Origin: Acutalibacteraceae bacterium
GTDB taxonomy: Bacteria > Bacillota > Clostridia > Oscillospirales > Acutalibacteraceae
Reading direction: 5' to 3'
DNA length: 64,000 bases
NCBI GenBank assembly: GCA_045647125.1
Contig: JAZRLZ010000019.1
Location: 593-64,592, forward strand
Position numbers and translations under genes: made by a program. The notes below the pieces were generated by a model. That model saw only the letters and a list, made by a program, of their open reading frames with translations, made no database searches and was not told the DNA's origin. Of the stretch, positions 37,281 to 48,500 are shown in pieces (positions within the stretch are counted from its first letter, which is position 1; every line of letters starts with the position of its first letter).

Positions 37281-38423
37281 TTAAAGTATTTTCCTCACTT
37301 TTATATCATCATCGAACAATATAAGGTCGGCATCGTAGCCGCTTTTTATAGCGCCCTTTTTGTTGCCGTAGCCTACAACCGTTGCAGGAGTAAGTGATGC
37401 CATTGCTACAGCCATATGCAAGGGGATGCCTACAGTTTTGTACATATTTCTTACGCAGTCGGAAAGTGTGGCAACGCTGCCTGCAAGTGCAGATTTATCT
37501 GCAAGCTTCATAACGTTATCCTCGTAAACAACGCGAATGCCGTTTTCCTGAGTGAAGACGGTGTTTTCTTTCATTTTTGTTGCAGAATATTCTAAACCAT
37601 CGGTTATAAGATACATTCTGTCAACACCCTTGCATTTGAAAATGAGCTTGATAAGCTCGGGTGGTAAGTGTCTTAAATCACCTATAACTTGAGTTGTAAG
37701 TTCGTTCATATAAAGGGCGGCTTCCACAACACCTGCGGTGCGGAAAATACCCGTTTTGAAACAAGATGAGCAAGCGTTGTAAAGGTGGGTAACGTCACTG
37801 AAGCCGTGCTTTACTGCGTCTTCTACCTGAGTGAATGATGCAGCAGAGTGTGCAACCGATGCTACAATTCCGCGGTTTCTTAATTTTTCACCAACCTCTA
37901 AAGCACCGGGAACCTCAGGGGCAACACCCATCATAAGAATTTTATCCCATAATTCAAGAAGCTTGTCGGGAGGATTTTTCTTAGGGTTAAGTATGTTTTC
38001 GGGGCTTTGAGCACCTTTGTATTGCATGGAAAGATAGGGTCCCTCGTAGTGTATACCGAGAATATGTGCCTTTTTACATTTTTCACTTGCCTTTTTGACA
38101 GAAAGGGTAACCTTTGCCAACTGGCTTAAGGGTGCGGCAAGGGTAGTGGGAACTATTGAGGTTGTGCCGTGTTTCAGGTGAGCCTGAGCCATATCCACGA
38201 TATCATCAGGGTTTTCGCTCATAGCACTTTTACCACCACCGCCATGTACGTGAATATCAACAAATCCTGGGGAAAGGTAAAGTCCGCTACAATCCTCCAC
38301 CGTATCACCGGGACGGGGGTCAAAGTGGTTGCATACGTCAATAATCGTGCCATTATCTGTGGCAACAATACAGTCTTTTATACCATTGGGTAAAATAACC
38401 CGGGCATTTTTATAATACTTCAT
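37281..38423 (-). CDS. nagA: N-acetylglucosamine-6-phosphate deacetylase
   Basis: DIHVHGGGG and HLYNAC motifs; 380 aa. Confidence 0.85.
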   Translation of the reverse strand: MKYYKNARVILPNGIKDCIVATDNGTIIDVCNHFDPRPGDTVEDCSGLYLSPGFVDIHVHGGGGKSAMSENPDDIVDMAQAHLKHGTTSIVPTTLAAPLSQLAKVTLSVKKASEKCKKAHILGIHYEGPYLSMQYKGAQSPENILNPKKNPPDKLLELWDKILMMGVAPEVPGALEVGEKLRNRGIVASVAHSAASFTQVEDAVKHGFSDVTHLYNACSSCFKTGIFRTAGVVEAALYMNELTTQVIGDLRHLPPELIKLIFKCKGVDRMYLITDGLEYSATKMKENTVFTQENGIRVVYEDNVMKLADKSALAGSVATLSDCVRNMYKTVGIPLHMAVAMASLTPATVVGYGNKKGAIKSGYDADLILFDDDIKVRKIL

Positions 38424-38529
38424 AACATCACCGTATATAATTTTAAAGTTATAAAACTGTTATGTCAATATTTTTTTCTGCGACTTTTACCGACAAAAGA
38501 ATTAATGCGGTCATTATATAATAATTTCG

Positions 38530-39468
38530 GTGGTGCGGATGGTTATTTATGCAGATGTGCTTATAGGCACAAATATAATAATTACATATATTTTTATATT
38601 AAGTGTTCGGCTTCTGTCAGGCTTTGCCTCAAACAGAATAGGTGTAGCTTTTGCATCGGCTTTAGGCGGTGCGTCGGCTCTTGTTGTTTTTTTAGGTGAG
38701 CAGGGTGTTTTGTTTTCGGTGGCTTATCGGCTGATTAGTGCATCGCTTATTGTGCTTGCGGCATTTCTTCCGCGGAAAATGAAAAGCTTTATAAAACTGC
38801 TTATTTATTTTTTCGGCATAACTTTCTTGTGTGGAGGTTGTGTTTATGGTGTAATTGTTCTTTTTTCTCCTCGTAGCCTTATGCTTGTTAATGGTACTGT
38901 GTACTTTGATATGTCAATTAAGCTGCTTGTTGGTGTTGCGGGTGTGGTTTATGGTGTGTTTTACGCATGCGATTATTTCTTTTTGCGTCATACTTCAAAG
39001 AACAATCTGTACCCTGTAACCATTACCTTAAGGGGCATTAGCGTACATCTGATGGGGTTTGTTGATACGGGGAACAGTCTTAAAGACAGCTTTAGTCAAA
39101 ATCCCGTTTTTGTGACAGAGCTTAAAGCTGTTGAACCCCTTTTGTCAAAGGAAGAAACGGAATTTTTTAAAGGGGGAATAACGGAAAATCCCCCGGATAC
39201 CTTAAGGCGTATTTATAGAATTCTGCCTCTTAAAACAGTTTCGGGTAACGGTTTGATAGGTGCAATTAAACCTGATTCCGTAGCGGTTGAGGGTGAAAAA
39301 ATTATAGCAGAAAGCAAGGAGATAAGTATCGGTATTGTGACGGAAAGTCTTTCGGATGGGGAGTATTCCGTACTTCTTAATAAAAGTATTTTTGATATGA
39401 ATTGGAAGGAGCTTGATTATGCCCATGCTATTAAAAGAAAAGGCAGACAGAATAAAAATATTTTTTAA
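38530..39468 (+). CDS. spoIIGA: Sigma-E processing aspartic peptidase SpoIIGA
   Basis: Five N-terminal TM helices, GFVDTGNSL active-site motif, directly upstream of sigE. The start may instead be the ATG at 38539. Confidence 0.85.
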   Translation: MVRMVIYADVLIGTNIIITYIFILSVRLLSGFASNRIGVAFASALGGASALVVFLGEQGVLFSVAYRLISASLIVLAAFLPRKMKSFIKLLIYFFGITFLCGGCVYGVIVLFSPRSLMLVNGTVYFDMSIKLLVGVAGVVYGVFYACDYFFLRHTSKNNLYPVTITLRGISVHLMGFVDTGNSLKDSFSQNPVFVTELKAVEPLLSKEETEFFKGGITENPPDTLRRIYRILPLKTVSGNGLIGAIKPDSVAVEGEKIIAESKEISIGIVTESLSDGEYSVLLNKSIFDMNWKELDYAHAIKRKGRQNKNIF

Positions 39469-40165
39469 AAATATTATCAGAAAAGTAAAAAGCAGATTTT
39501 CAAAAGGTGTTTTTTATATAAACAGTACGGGCACTTTGCCGCCGCCCCTTTCTGCAAAGGAAGAGGGAGAAATGCTCACTCGTCTTGCAGTAGGAGATAT
39601 AAAAGCACGCGATAAGCTTGTTGAGCATAATCTGAGGCTTGTTGTGTATATTGCGAAAAAATTTGAAAGCTCAGGAGTTTATATTGAGGATTTGATTTCT
39701 ATCGGTACAATTGGTCTTATAAAAGCTGTTAATACCTTTAAAGCGGATAAAAATATAAAGCTTGCAACCTATGCCTCCCGTTGTATTGAGAATGAAATAT
39801 TGATGCATCTTCGAAAGGTGGGACAGCAACGCTCTGATATATCTCTTGATGAGCCGTTGAATGTTGATTGGGACGGAAATGAGCTTCTTTTATCCGATGT
39901 TTTAGGTACAGACGGACTTGAAATAAACGATGATATTGAACGCGAGGATGAAAAACGTATTCTGCACCGATGTATGGAGGATTTATCTGATAGGGAACGC
40001 CTTATTATGAATATGCGTTTCGGTATGTGCGGTTTTAAGGAGTATACTCAGAAAGAGGTTGCTGACAGTCTTGGTATTTCTCAAAGCTATATTTCACGAT
40101 TGGAAAAAAGAATCGTACTTAAGCTTAAGAGGGATATTGAGCGGCAGACGGTAGAAAATCCTTGA
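39419..40165 (+). CDS. sigE: Sporulation sigma factor pro-sigma-E
   Basis: ATG 39419 lies 8 nt after GGAAGGAG. N-terminal pro-sequence. Region 2 [13 protein letters not shown]. Region 4 [22 protein letters not shown]. Confidence 0.85.
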   Translation: MPMLLKEKADRIKIFFKNIIRKVKSRFSKGVFYINSTGTLPPPLSAKEEGEMLTRLAVGDIKARDKLVEHNLRLVVYIAKKFESSGVYIEDLISIGTIGLIKAVNTFKADKNIKLATYASRCIENEILMHLRKVGQQRSDISLDEPLNVDWDGNELLLSDVLGTDGLEINDDIEREDEKRILHRCMEDLSDRERLIMNMRFGMCGFKEYTQKEVADSLGISQSYISRLEKRIVLKLKRDIERQTVENP

Positions 40166-40189
40166 TTTTTATTTCCTAAATGGTATAAT
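40162..40189 (+). promoter_or_regulatory. Candidate sigma-A promoter (TTGATT-16 nt-TATAAT, TGG extended -10)
   Basis: Read directly upstream of the esterase gene. Confidence 0.4.
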
Positions 40190-40232
40190 AATGTTGTACA
40201 TACAAAATTTTGATAATTACCAAGGTGATTAT

Positions 40233-41168
40233 ATGAATAAGGCGCAACTTGTTTTCAAGGCTATTGACGGAATTTGTTACCCGACACAAAACGCCCTCAG
40301 ATTTAAGGATGTTTCATGTAAGCAGGATATTTCTTACAGTGAGTTTGAGGAGACAAAGTTGGATTTTTACTACCGTAATGATATTCTGAATGACGGTCAA
40401 AAGCATCCGCTTGTTATTTATTTTCATGGCGGCGGATTTATTATGGGTGATAAAAAGTGTCGTGTAAGTATAAGCGAGTATTATGCAAATCAGGGTTATT
40501 TTGTGTGCTGTGTGAATTATCGTATGGCGCCGAAGGTTACTCTGATAGAGTATATTACTGATTGCGTCAATGCGGTAAATTACGTGAATAATCTTGCACT
40601 TGAGTATCCTATAGATATAGGTAACATCTTTATTACCGGAGATAGCTCGGGTGGTTATACTGCCTCGTATATATGTGCCTTAAGATATAATGAGGAGCTG
40701 CATAAAATCCTTGAAGTTCCTGCAGTTGAAGTGGATTTCAAAGGTGCACTTTTAATGTGTGGTATATACGATTTGCAGGTGCTTCTTCAGGGTACAACTC
40801 TTATGGGTGTTATTCCCAAAACTGCACAGACATTATTGCATGATTTTGACCTGAAGAAGGATTTGTCTAACTTTTCTGAATATAAATATTACAATCAACT
40901 TTCACCCTCTGATTATGTTAACGAGAGTTGGTGCTCAACTTTCATTTGCTGGTCAGATGACGATATCGTGTGCCAGGGTCAGGGTGAGCCTATGGCAGAA
41001 AAACTTAAGGCGGTTGTTCCTTATTTCGATTCCTATAACGTGGGCGGATTTACAAATAACCATTGCTTCCATCTTGAATTCAGCCATAATAAATATGCCA
41101 AAGAGTGTATGCAGAAATCACTTGATTTTATAAACAAGGTTGTCAGTTTGGAAAGTGTAGAAAAATAA
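40233..41168 (+). CDS. Alpha/beta hydrolase (esterase/lipase, HGGG class)
   Basis: FHGGGF oxyanion motif and GDSSGG nucleophile elbow. Confidence 0.8.
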   Translation: MNKAQLVFKAIDGICYPTQNALRFKDVSCKQDISYSEFEETKLDFYYRNDILNDGQKHPLVIYFHGGGFIMGDKKCRVSISEYYANQGYFVCCVNYRMAPKVTLIEYITDCVNAVNYVNNLALEYPIDIGNIFITGDSSGGYTASYICALRYNEELHKILEVPAVEVDFKGALLMCGIYDLQVLLQGTTLMGVIPKTAQTLLHDFDLKKDLSNFSEYKYYNQLSPSDYVNESWCSTFICWSDDDIVCQGQGEPMAEKLKAVVPYFDSYNVGGFTNNHCFHLEFSHNKYAKECMQKSLDFINKVVSLESVEK

Positions 41169-41210
41169 ATAGGTGTGTGAAAATAACTTTCACATAAAAT
41201 GATATATAGA

Positions 41211-41260
41211 AGGACTTTTGCTGGTGTTGATTCCGCAAGGGTCCTTTTGTTTGGGTTTTT
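41211..41260 (+). terminator. Rho-independent terminator
   Basis: 11-bp stem aggacttttgc/gcaagggtcct (two G-U pairs) followed by T-rich sequence. Confidence 0.5.
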
Positions 41261-41302
41261 ATAAAAAATCACCAAATAAAGCCTTTAATTATTGTTTATT
41301 AT

Positions 41303-41332
41303 ATTGACACATATTTACAATATATGATATAA
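41303..41332 (+). promoter_or_regulatory. Candidate sigma-A promoter (TTGACA-18 nt-TATAAT)
   Basis: Read directly upstream of the acyl-CoA ligase gene. Confidence 0.5.
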
Positions 41333-41379
41333 TCTTCAAATATTTATTTATTATATTTTAAAATAATATTGTACAAAGG

Positions 41380-43029
41380 ATGATTGCTTTGCCAATTACA
41401 GAATACCTTATAAATAACGCAAAAGCTTATAAGGATGAGGTTGCTCTTGTGGAAATAAATCCTGAGATTCAGGAGAGAAGCCATAAAACCTGGCGTGAGT
41501 ATGAGCTTATTCAACCGAATCCTTCAAACACAGGAAGAACACAGCTTACCTGGGGTGAGTTTGATAAGCGTGCCAATCGCTTTGCTAATTTGTTGCTTTC
41601 TCGTGGTATAAAAAAAGGCGACAGAGTTGCAATACTTCTTATGAACAGTATTGAGTGGCTTCCTGTTTATTTTGGTATACTTAAAACCGGTGCTCTTGCA
41701 GTGCCGCTTAACTACCGCTATACTGCTGACGAAATAAAATACTGCATGAAGCTTTCCGATAGCTCTGTGCTTGTTTTTGGTCCTGAATTTACCGGACGTG
41801 TTGAGGAAATCTGCGACAGAATGCCTCAGGTGAAATTCAATTTCTATGTCGGTGAGGATTGTCCCACCTTTGCAGAAAGCTACGACAGACTTGTTACATA
41901 TTGTTCATCGCATGATCCATGTATTCAGCTTACTGATGATGATGACGCTGCGGTTTATTTTTCATCGGGTACAACAGGCTTCCCGAAGGCTATTCTTCAC
42001 GCTCATAGAAGCCTTGTGCACTCTGCGAAAACTGAGCAGGCACATCATTCGCAAGGTAGGGATGACGTGTTCCTTTGCATCCCGCCACTTTACCATACAG
42101 GTGCAAAGATCCATTGGTTCGGATCATTGCTTTCAGCTAGTAAGGCTGTAATTCTTAAGGGTACAAAGCCCCAATGGATTATAGAAACTGCGAGTCGTGA
42201 AAAATGCACAATCGTTTGGCTTCTTGTTCCGTGGGCTCAGGATATTCTTGATAGTATTGATAGCGGAGCTATTGATATAAGCGAATACGAGCTTTCTCAA
42301 TGGAGGCTTATGCATATTGGTGCTCAGCCTGTGCCACCGAGTCTTATTAAGCGTTGGCTTAAAATATTCCCTCACCATCAGTATGATACAAACTATGGTC
42401 TTAGTGAATCTATAGGTCCCGGTTGTGTGCATCTTGGTGTTGAAAACGTTCATAAGGTTGGCGCCATTGGTAAAGCAGGCTTCGGCTGGGAAGTTAAAAT
42501 CTGCGACGAGAATGGTAAAACAGTTGAACGTGGCGAGGTTGGTGAGCTTGCAGTTAAAGGTCCCGGTGTTATGATATGCTATTACAAGGATGAAAAAGCA
42601 ACAGCAGATGTGCTTCGTGATGGCTGGCTCTTTACGGGCGATATGGCTCAGGAGGATGAAGATGGCTTTATCTACCTTGTTGACAGAAAGAAGGATGTCA
42701 TTATCTCCGGTGGTGAAAATCTTTATCCGGTGCAGATAGAGGACTTCATCCGTAAGCACGAAATGGTTAAGGATGTTGCGGTTATAGGTCTTCCGGATGC
42801 TCGTCTTGGTGAAATTGCTGCCGCTATTATCGAGGCGAAGGATGGTTGCGATCTTACAGAAGAGGATATTGCTGATTTCTGTTACGATTTGCCCCGTTAC
42901 AAGCGTCCGCGTAAGGTGATTCTTGCAACAGTTCCTCGCAATCCAACCGGCAAAATCGAAAAACCGAAGCTTCGTGAGATGTACTGTGGTGCAAGTCTTG
43001 TTGCGTCACAGAATGAGATTAATAAATAA
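41380..43029 (+). CDS. AMP-forming acyl-CoA ligase (FadD-like adenylate-forming enzyme)
   Basis: AMP-binding motif YFSSGTTGFPKA and C-terminal GWLFTGD...RKKD...SGGENLYP...PRNPTGKI. The start may be the TTG at 41389. Confidence 0.85.
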   Translation: MIALPITEYLINNAKAYKDEVALVEINPEIQERSHKTWREYELIQPNPSNTGRTQLTWGEFDKRANRFANLLLSRGIKKGDRVAILLMNSIEWLPVYFGILKTGALAVPLNYRYTADEIKYCMKLSDSSVLVFGPEFTGRVEEICDRMPQVKFNFYVGEDCPTFAESYDRLVTYCSSHDPCIQLTDDDDAAVYFSSGTTGFPKAILHAHRSLVHSAKTEQAHHSQGRDDVFLCIPPLYHTGAKIHWFGSLLSASKAVILKGTKPQWIIETASREKCTIVWLLVPWAQDILDSIDSGAIDISEYELSQWRLMHIGAQPVPPSLIKRWLKIFPHHQYDTNYGLSESIGPGCVHLGVENVHKVGAIGKAGFGWEVKICDENGKTVERGEVGELAVKGPGVMICYYKDEKATADVLRDGWLFTGDMAQEDEDGFIYLVDRKKDVIISGGENLYPVQIEDFIRKHEMVKDVAVIGLPDARLGEIAAAIIEAKDGCDLTEEDIADFCYDLPRYKRPRKVILATVPRNPTGKIEKPKLREMYCGASLVASQNEINK

Positions 43030-43047
43030 ATATATTGAGGTTTTATT

Positions 43048-44781
43048 ATGAAAGAGCTTTTATTGGGTAACGACGCCGTTGCCCGCGGACTTTATGAAGC
43101 AGGATGCCGTGTTGCATCCAGCTACCCCGGTACACCAAGCACCGAGGTTACAGAGTGTATCTCTAAATATGATGAGATCACAAGTGAATGGGCACCTAAT
43201 GAAAAGGTTGCCTGCGAGGTTGCTTTTGGTGCAGCAGTTGCAGGTGCACGTTCATTCTGTGCAATGAAGCACGTTGGTCTTAACGTTGCGGCAGACCCGC
43301 TTTTCACATCTTCATATACAGGTGTAAATGCTGGTATGGTTATTGTTGTTGCAGATGATCCCGGTATGCATTCTTCACAAAACGAGCAGGATAGCCGTCA
43401 CTATGCACGTGCTGCCAAAATGATGATGCTTGAGCCCTCTGATTCTGATGAATGCCTTAAGTATGCTAAACTTGCTTTTGAACTTTCAGAGCGTTTTGAT
43501 ACACCTGTTCTTTACAGACTTACAACAAGGGTTTCTCATTCCCGTAGCCTTGCGGAGTTGGGCGAAAGAGTGGATAACGGAGTTAAAAGTTACACAAAGA
43601 ATCCTGCAAAATACGTTATGGTACCTGCTAATGCAAAGGTTAAACACGTTGAGGTAGAAAAACGTATTCTTGAGCAGATTGAATATTGCGAAAAGGAAGC
43701 AGTTGAGGCAGGTCTTAATACTGTTGAATACAATGATAAAAAGATAGGTGTTATTACTGCGGGTATTTGCTATCAGTATGCTAAAGAAGCTCTCGGTGAT
43801 AATGCATCATATTTGAAATTAGGTTGCGTTTATCCGCTTCCCGAAAAGCTTATTAAGGATTTCTGCAATCAATGTGATACTGTTTATGTGCTTGAAGAGC
43901 TTGATGATTATATCGAAACTCATTGCCGTAAATTAGGTCTTGATGTTATAGGTAAAGAAAAATTCACTCTTTTAGGTGAATATTCACAGGGTCTTATCAG
44001 AAAGGTTGTTTTTGGTGACGAAGTATCCTCTGTAAAGGCAGATGTTGAAATTCCTGCAAGACCTCCCGTGCTTTGTGCGGGTTGCCCCCACAGAGGCTTG
44101 TTTTATGCACTTAAAAAACTTAATGTTACAGTAAGTGGTGATATAGGTTGCTATACACTCGGTGTTGCGAAGCCTCTCGGTATGATGGATACCGTTCTTT
44201 GTATGGGTGGCAGTGTTTCAGGACTTCATGGCAGAAATCTTGCAGATCCTGAAAATGCAGGTAAATCAGTTGCGGTTATCGGCGATTCAACCTTTATTCA
44301 TTCAGGTGTTACAGGTCTTATTGATGTTGCGTATAATAACAGTAATTCTGTTACAATTATTCTTGATAACAGTATTACCGGTATGACCGGTCATCAGCAG
44401 AATCCTACCACCGGTTACAATATTAAGGGTGAACCTGCATCTGCGGTAAGTCTTGAGAAGCTTTGTAATGCTATCGGTATCAATAATGTTTTTGTTGTTG
44501 ACCCATATAACCTTGATGAGTGCTATACAACAATCGGTAACGCCCTTAAGCTTCAGGCTCCTGCGGTTGTTATTTCAAGAAGACCTTGTGCACTTCTTAA
44601 AACAGTTAAGCACAACCCACCGCTTAAGGTTAATAAAGATAAATGTAAATCTTGCAAAATGTGTATGAAAATCGGTTGCCCTGCTATCAGTATGAAAGAT
44701 GGTAAGGCGGAAATCGACTTTACGCAGTGTCTTGGCTGTAATGTGTGCTCACAGCTTTGCAAAATTGATGCTATAGAATAA
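43048..44781 (+). CDS. iorA: Indolepyruvate:ferredoxin oxidoreductase alpha subunit
   Basis: 577 aa. TPP-binding GDSTFIHSG. C-terminal 2x[4Fe-4S] motifs CKSCKMCMKIGCP and CLGCNVCSQLC. Confidence 0.85.
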   Translation: MKELLLGNDAVARGLYEAGCRVASSYPGTPSTEVTECISKYDEITSEWAPNEKVACEVAFGAAVAGARSFCAMKHVGLNVAADPLFTSSYTGVNAGMVIVVADDPGMHSSQNEQDSRHYARAAKMMMLEPSDSDECLKYAKLAFELSERFDTPVLYRLTTRVSHSRSLAELGERVDNGVKSYTKNPAKYVMVPANAKVKHVEVEKRILEQIEYCEKEAVEAGLNTVEYNDKKIGVITAGICYQYAKEALGDNASYLKLGCVYPLPEKLIKDFCNQCDTVYVLEELDDYIETHCRKLGLDVIGKEKFTLLGEYSQGLIRKVVFGDEVSSVKADVEIPARPPVLCAGCPHRGLFYALKKLNVTVSGDIGCYTLGVAKPLGMMDTVLCMGGSVSGLHGRNLADPENAGKSVAVIGDSTFIHSGVTGLIDVAYNNSNSVTIILDNSITGMTGHQQNPTTGYNIKGEPASAVSLEKLCNAIGINNVFVVDPYNLDECYTTIGNALKLQAPAVVISRRPCALLKTVKHNPPLKVNKDKCKSCKMCMKIGCPAISMKDGKAEIDFTQCLGCNVCSQLCKIDAIE

Positions 44782-44796
44782 GGAGGAGTGGCTGTT

Positions 44797-45366
44797 ATGA
44801 ATAAATCAATTATGATAGTTGGTGTCGGCGGTCAGGGTACATTACTTGCGAGCCGTATACTTGGTAGCGCCCTTCTTTCTAAGGGCTATGATGTTAAGGT
44901 TTCCGAGGTGCACGGTATGAGCCAACGTGGCGGTAGCGTTGTTACCTATGTGAAATATGGTGATAAGGTTTATTCTCCCGTAATCGGTGAGGGTGAGGCA
45001 GACCTTATACTTGCTTTTGAGCAGTTGGAGGCAGCAAGATGGCTCAGTTGCCTTAAGCCTGAAGGTAAGGTTATTGTCAATACACAGAAAATTGATCCTA
45101 TGTCTGTTGTTATAGGGGATAGTCAGTATCCTGACGGAGTTATTGATTCTGTAAAGGCAACCGGTGTTCAGGTGCATAGCATTGATGCCCTTCCTCTTGC
45201 GGTTGAGGCAGGTTCATCAAAGGCAGTTAATGTTGTTCTTATCGGTGCTATGGCGAAAAATACTGATATCGATAAGGAAATCTGGATTAATGCACTTAAA
45301 ACTTGCGTTCCTCCGAAGTTCCTTGAAATGAATCTCAAGGCTTTTGAATTGGGTTATTCAAAATAA
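44797..45366 (+). CDS. iorB: Indolepyruvate:ferredoxin oxidoreductase beta subunit
   Basis: ATG 44797 lies 10 nt after AAGGAGG. GVGGQGTLLASRILG motif. Confidence 0.85.
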   Translation: MNKSIMIVGVGGQGTLLASRILGSALLSKGYDVKVSEVHGMSQRGGSVVTYVKYGDKVYSPVIGEGEADLILAFEQLEAARWLSCLKPEGKVIVNTQKIDPMSVVIGDSQYPDGVIDSVKATGVQVHSIDALPLAVEAGSSKAVNVVLIGAMAKNTDIDKEIWINALKTCVPPKFLEMNLKAFELGYSK

Positions 45367-45376
45367 TATAAGAAAT

Positions 45377-45413
45377 AACACCTGCTGTTTTTGTGACGGT
45401 AGGTGTTGTTTTA
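45377..45413 (+). terminator. Rho-independent terminator of the ior operon
   Basis: Stem aacacctgctg/acggtaggtgtt followed by GTTTTAT. Confidence 0.6.
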
Positions 45414-45456
45414 TATAATAATATATATAATTTATATATATTTTATAGATTTATCG

Positions 45457-45485
45457 TTGACAAAACAGACTCTATGTACTAAAAT
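45457..45485 (+). promoter_or_regulatory. Candidate sigma-A promoter (TTGACA-17 nt-TAAAAT)
   Basis: Read directly upstream of the large LRR protein gene. Confidence 0.5.
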
Positions 45486-45552
45486 AAACTATGTAGCATT
45501 ATAAGTATAACTATAATGTTGTTTTGCTGTTAAGCAAGTTCTTATCGAAAGG

Positions 45553-48500
45553 GTGTTTATTTTGAAAAAGTCAAGAATTCTCTCCTTACTTCTTGCACTC
45601 GTAATGGTATTAGGCACAATGTCTTGCCTTACTGTTATGAGTAGTGCTGCAATCATTGCAGAAGACGGTGAATACAATGAAATAGGAGAAATGGTAGACA
45701 AGTATTGGGAGTTGGATGACAGCGGTCTGCTTGTCATTAAACGTGACTGCGAGCCCACATGGGGCAGTTATGCTGGTTTTATCAAAAATGTTATTATCGA
45801 AGAGGTTGTAACATTTATACCAAATTCAGCATTTGCAGGATATCCTTTGCTTGAAAGCGTTGAGATAAAAAGCGGTAGCGTTGCAGTCAGTGCAGGTGCT
45901 TTTCAGTGCTGTCCTAAACTTACCGAGCTTAACTTTGGTATGATAACAAGCATTGGCGATTATGCTGTGTATGATTGTGATGCACTCGAAAGTGTTCGTA
46001 TCGGTGGCGGTCTTCCTGTTGATGCAGTAGGCGAAAATGTTTTTAAAAGCTGCGATGCTCTCAAATCCGTTTGGTTCGGTAATGGTACTCGTGAAATCGG
46101 CTATGGTATGTTTGAGGATTGTATTGCTCTTGAAACAGTAGTTATCCCCGATAGCGTTGCTTCAATCGGTGCTCATGCATTTGAAAACTGTGTATCACTT
46201 ACAGAAATTAACGTTCCCGACAGCACAACATCAGTCGGTAACTATGCTTTCTATAACTGTGTAAATGTTAAATCACTTTACATCGGTCATAAAGCTAATA
46301 GCGTTGGTGAATATGCTTTTGGTAACAATACAAGCCTTGAAGATGTTGAGATCGCAAGTGAAATGGCACAGCTCAGCAAAGGTATGTTCTATGGTTGTAC
46401 AGCTCTTAAGAGCCTTGCAGACCTTCCTGATGGTATTAAGACAATCGGTGATGTTGCTTTTAAGGGATGCTCTTCTCTTTCAGAAATCACTATCCCCTCA
46501 ACGGTAACATCAATTGGTGCCTCCGCTTTTGACGGCACAGCACTTACAACAATTGATATTCCATGGAATGTTGCTGAAATCGGTGACGGTGCATTCACAA
46601 ACTGTGCAGCACTTACAGACATCAACGTTGATGCTAAAAACGCTTCTTTTGCTGATGTTGATGGTGCACTTTATGACGATGCACTTGCTATTCTTCTCTG
46701 CTGCCCTGCAGGTAAGACAGATATATATACAGTTAAATCAGGTACAACAGAAATTGCTGATGGTGCTTTCATCGGTTGTAAGGATTTGACTACAGTAGAA
46801 ATTCCCGCATCTGTTAACAAGATTTCAAACAATGCATTTAATGATTGTGATCCTTCACTTGTTTTCAAAACAAATTGTGATAACGTGGCGGTAGCTTATG
46901 CTGAGGCTCGTGGTTATGCTACAGAGCTTATCCATTCTGATGATGCAGAGGTTAAGGAAATTCTTGCTCCCACTTGTACTGCAGACGGTACAAAGGCAGT
47001 TAAATGTACAAAATGTTCACACGTTTTTGAAACACAGGTTGTTGATAAGCTCGGTCATAGCTATGACAATGGCGTAATCACAAAGAAAGCAACTTGTGAA
47101 GAAGACGGTGTTGTTACAATTACCTGTACAAGAGAGGGCTGCGGTGAATCTTATACAGAAACAATTCCTGCAACAAATCATCAGTACAATGAAGGCGTAG
47201 TCGTTCTTGAGCCTACATGTGAGGCAACAGGTATAAAGAGATTTACCTGCAAGAACGAAGGATGCTATAAATATTATGAAATCGAGCTTAAAGCTCTCGG
47301 TCACGCTTATGATAAGGGCGTTGTTACAGCAGAGGCTACTTGCGAAACAGATGGTGTTATGACATACAGCTGTACTCGTGAAGGCTGCAACGCATCTTAC
47401 ACAGATGTAATCCCTGCAAAGGGTCACGCTTATGATAGCGGTGTTATCACAACAGAAGCAACTTGTGATGCAAACGGTGTTAAGACATTCACTTGTGCAA
47501 ACTGCGATGCTCAGTATACTGAGGAAATTGCAGCTATCGGCCATAACTATGTTGAAGCAGTTATCAAGCCTGCAACATGTAAGGAAGATGGCACAACAAG
47601 ATTTACCTGCACAAACTGTGCTGATACATACGATGTAGCAACACAGGGCGAGCATAAGCCTTACTCTGCTCCCGTTAAGGAAGAAGCAACATGCGAGGAA
47701 GACGGTCATGAGGGTACATTGTGCTCAATCTGCCACGAATTCATTGGTGAATATACAACAACACCTGCAACAGGTCATAATTACGAAAACGGCGTTTGTA
47801 CATCATGCGGTGCAGAGGATGAAGAATATATGAACACTCCTCCTGCAACTCCTGCATTGAAATCTGCAAAGAATACCAAGAACGGTATCAAGGTTACTTG
47901 GGAAGGTGTAGAAAACGCTAAGTACTACAGAGTATACCGTCACGAAATCGGTGACAAGACATGGACTTACCTCGGCACAGTTGAGGGTACATCCTACACT
48001 GACAGAGATGTTCAGAACAACAAGACATGGAAATATACTGTAAGAGCTGTTGGCAACAATGGTAAGAAGAGCGGATACGAAAGCGGTATCAAGATTACAA
48101 GCGTTGCTACTCCTGCACTTAAATCAGTTATCAACCTTAAAAACGGCATCAGAGTTATGTGGAATCAGGTTGAGGGTGCAAAATCTTACAGAGTATATCG
48201 TCGCGGTACATCAGGCGGCTGGAAGCTTCTTGCTACAGTTAAAACAACAAAGTATGTTGACTCTACTGCAAAAACAGGTAAGTATTACACATACACTGTA
48301 AAGGCTGTTAATGGTGACGCCAGCGGTTATGAATCAGGTCTTAAGTTAAAACGCGTTGATGCTCCCGTATTGCTCAAGGCAGTAAACAACAAGAACGGCA
48401 TCAAGGTTACTTGGGGTGAGGTTTCTAACGCAAAATACTACAGAGTTTACCGCCGTGCAGCAGGTGAATCAAGCTGGACTTACATCGGTAGAACAACAAA

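Noticed and set aside
38424-38529. Spo0A-box-like sequences (accgaca, tgtcaat) upstream of spoIIGA
   Set aside because: Only a 5/7 match to the TGTCGAA/TTCGACA consensus in AT-rich DNA. Not supportable without a position-weight-matrix score or binding data.
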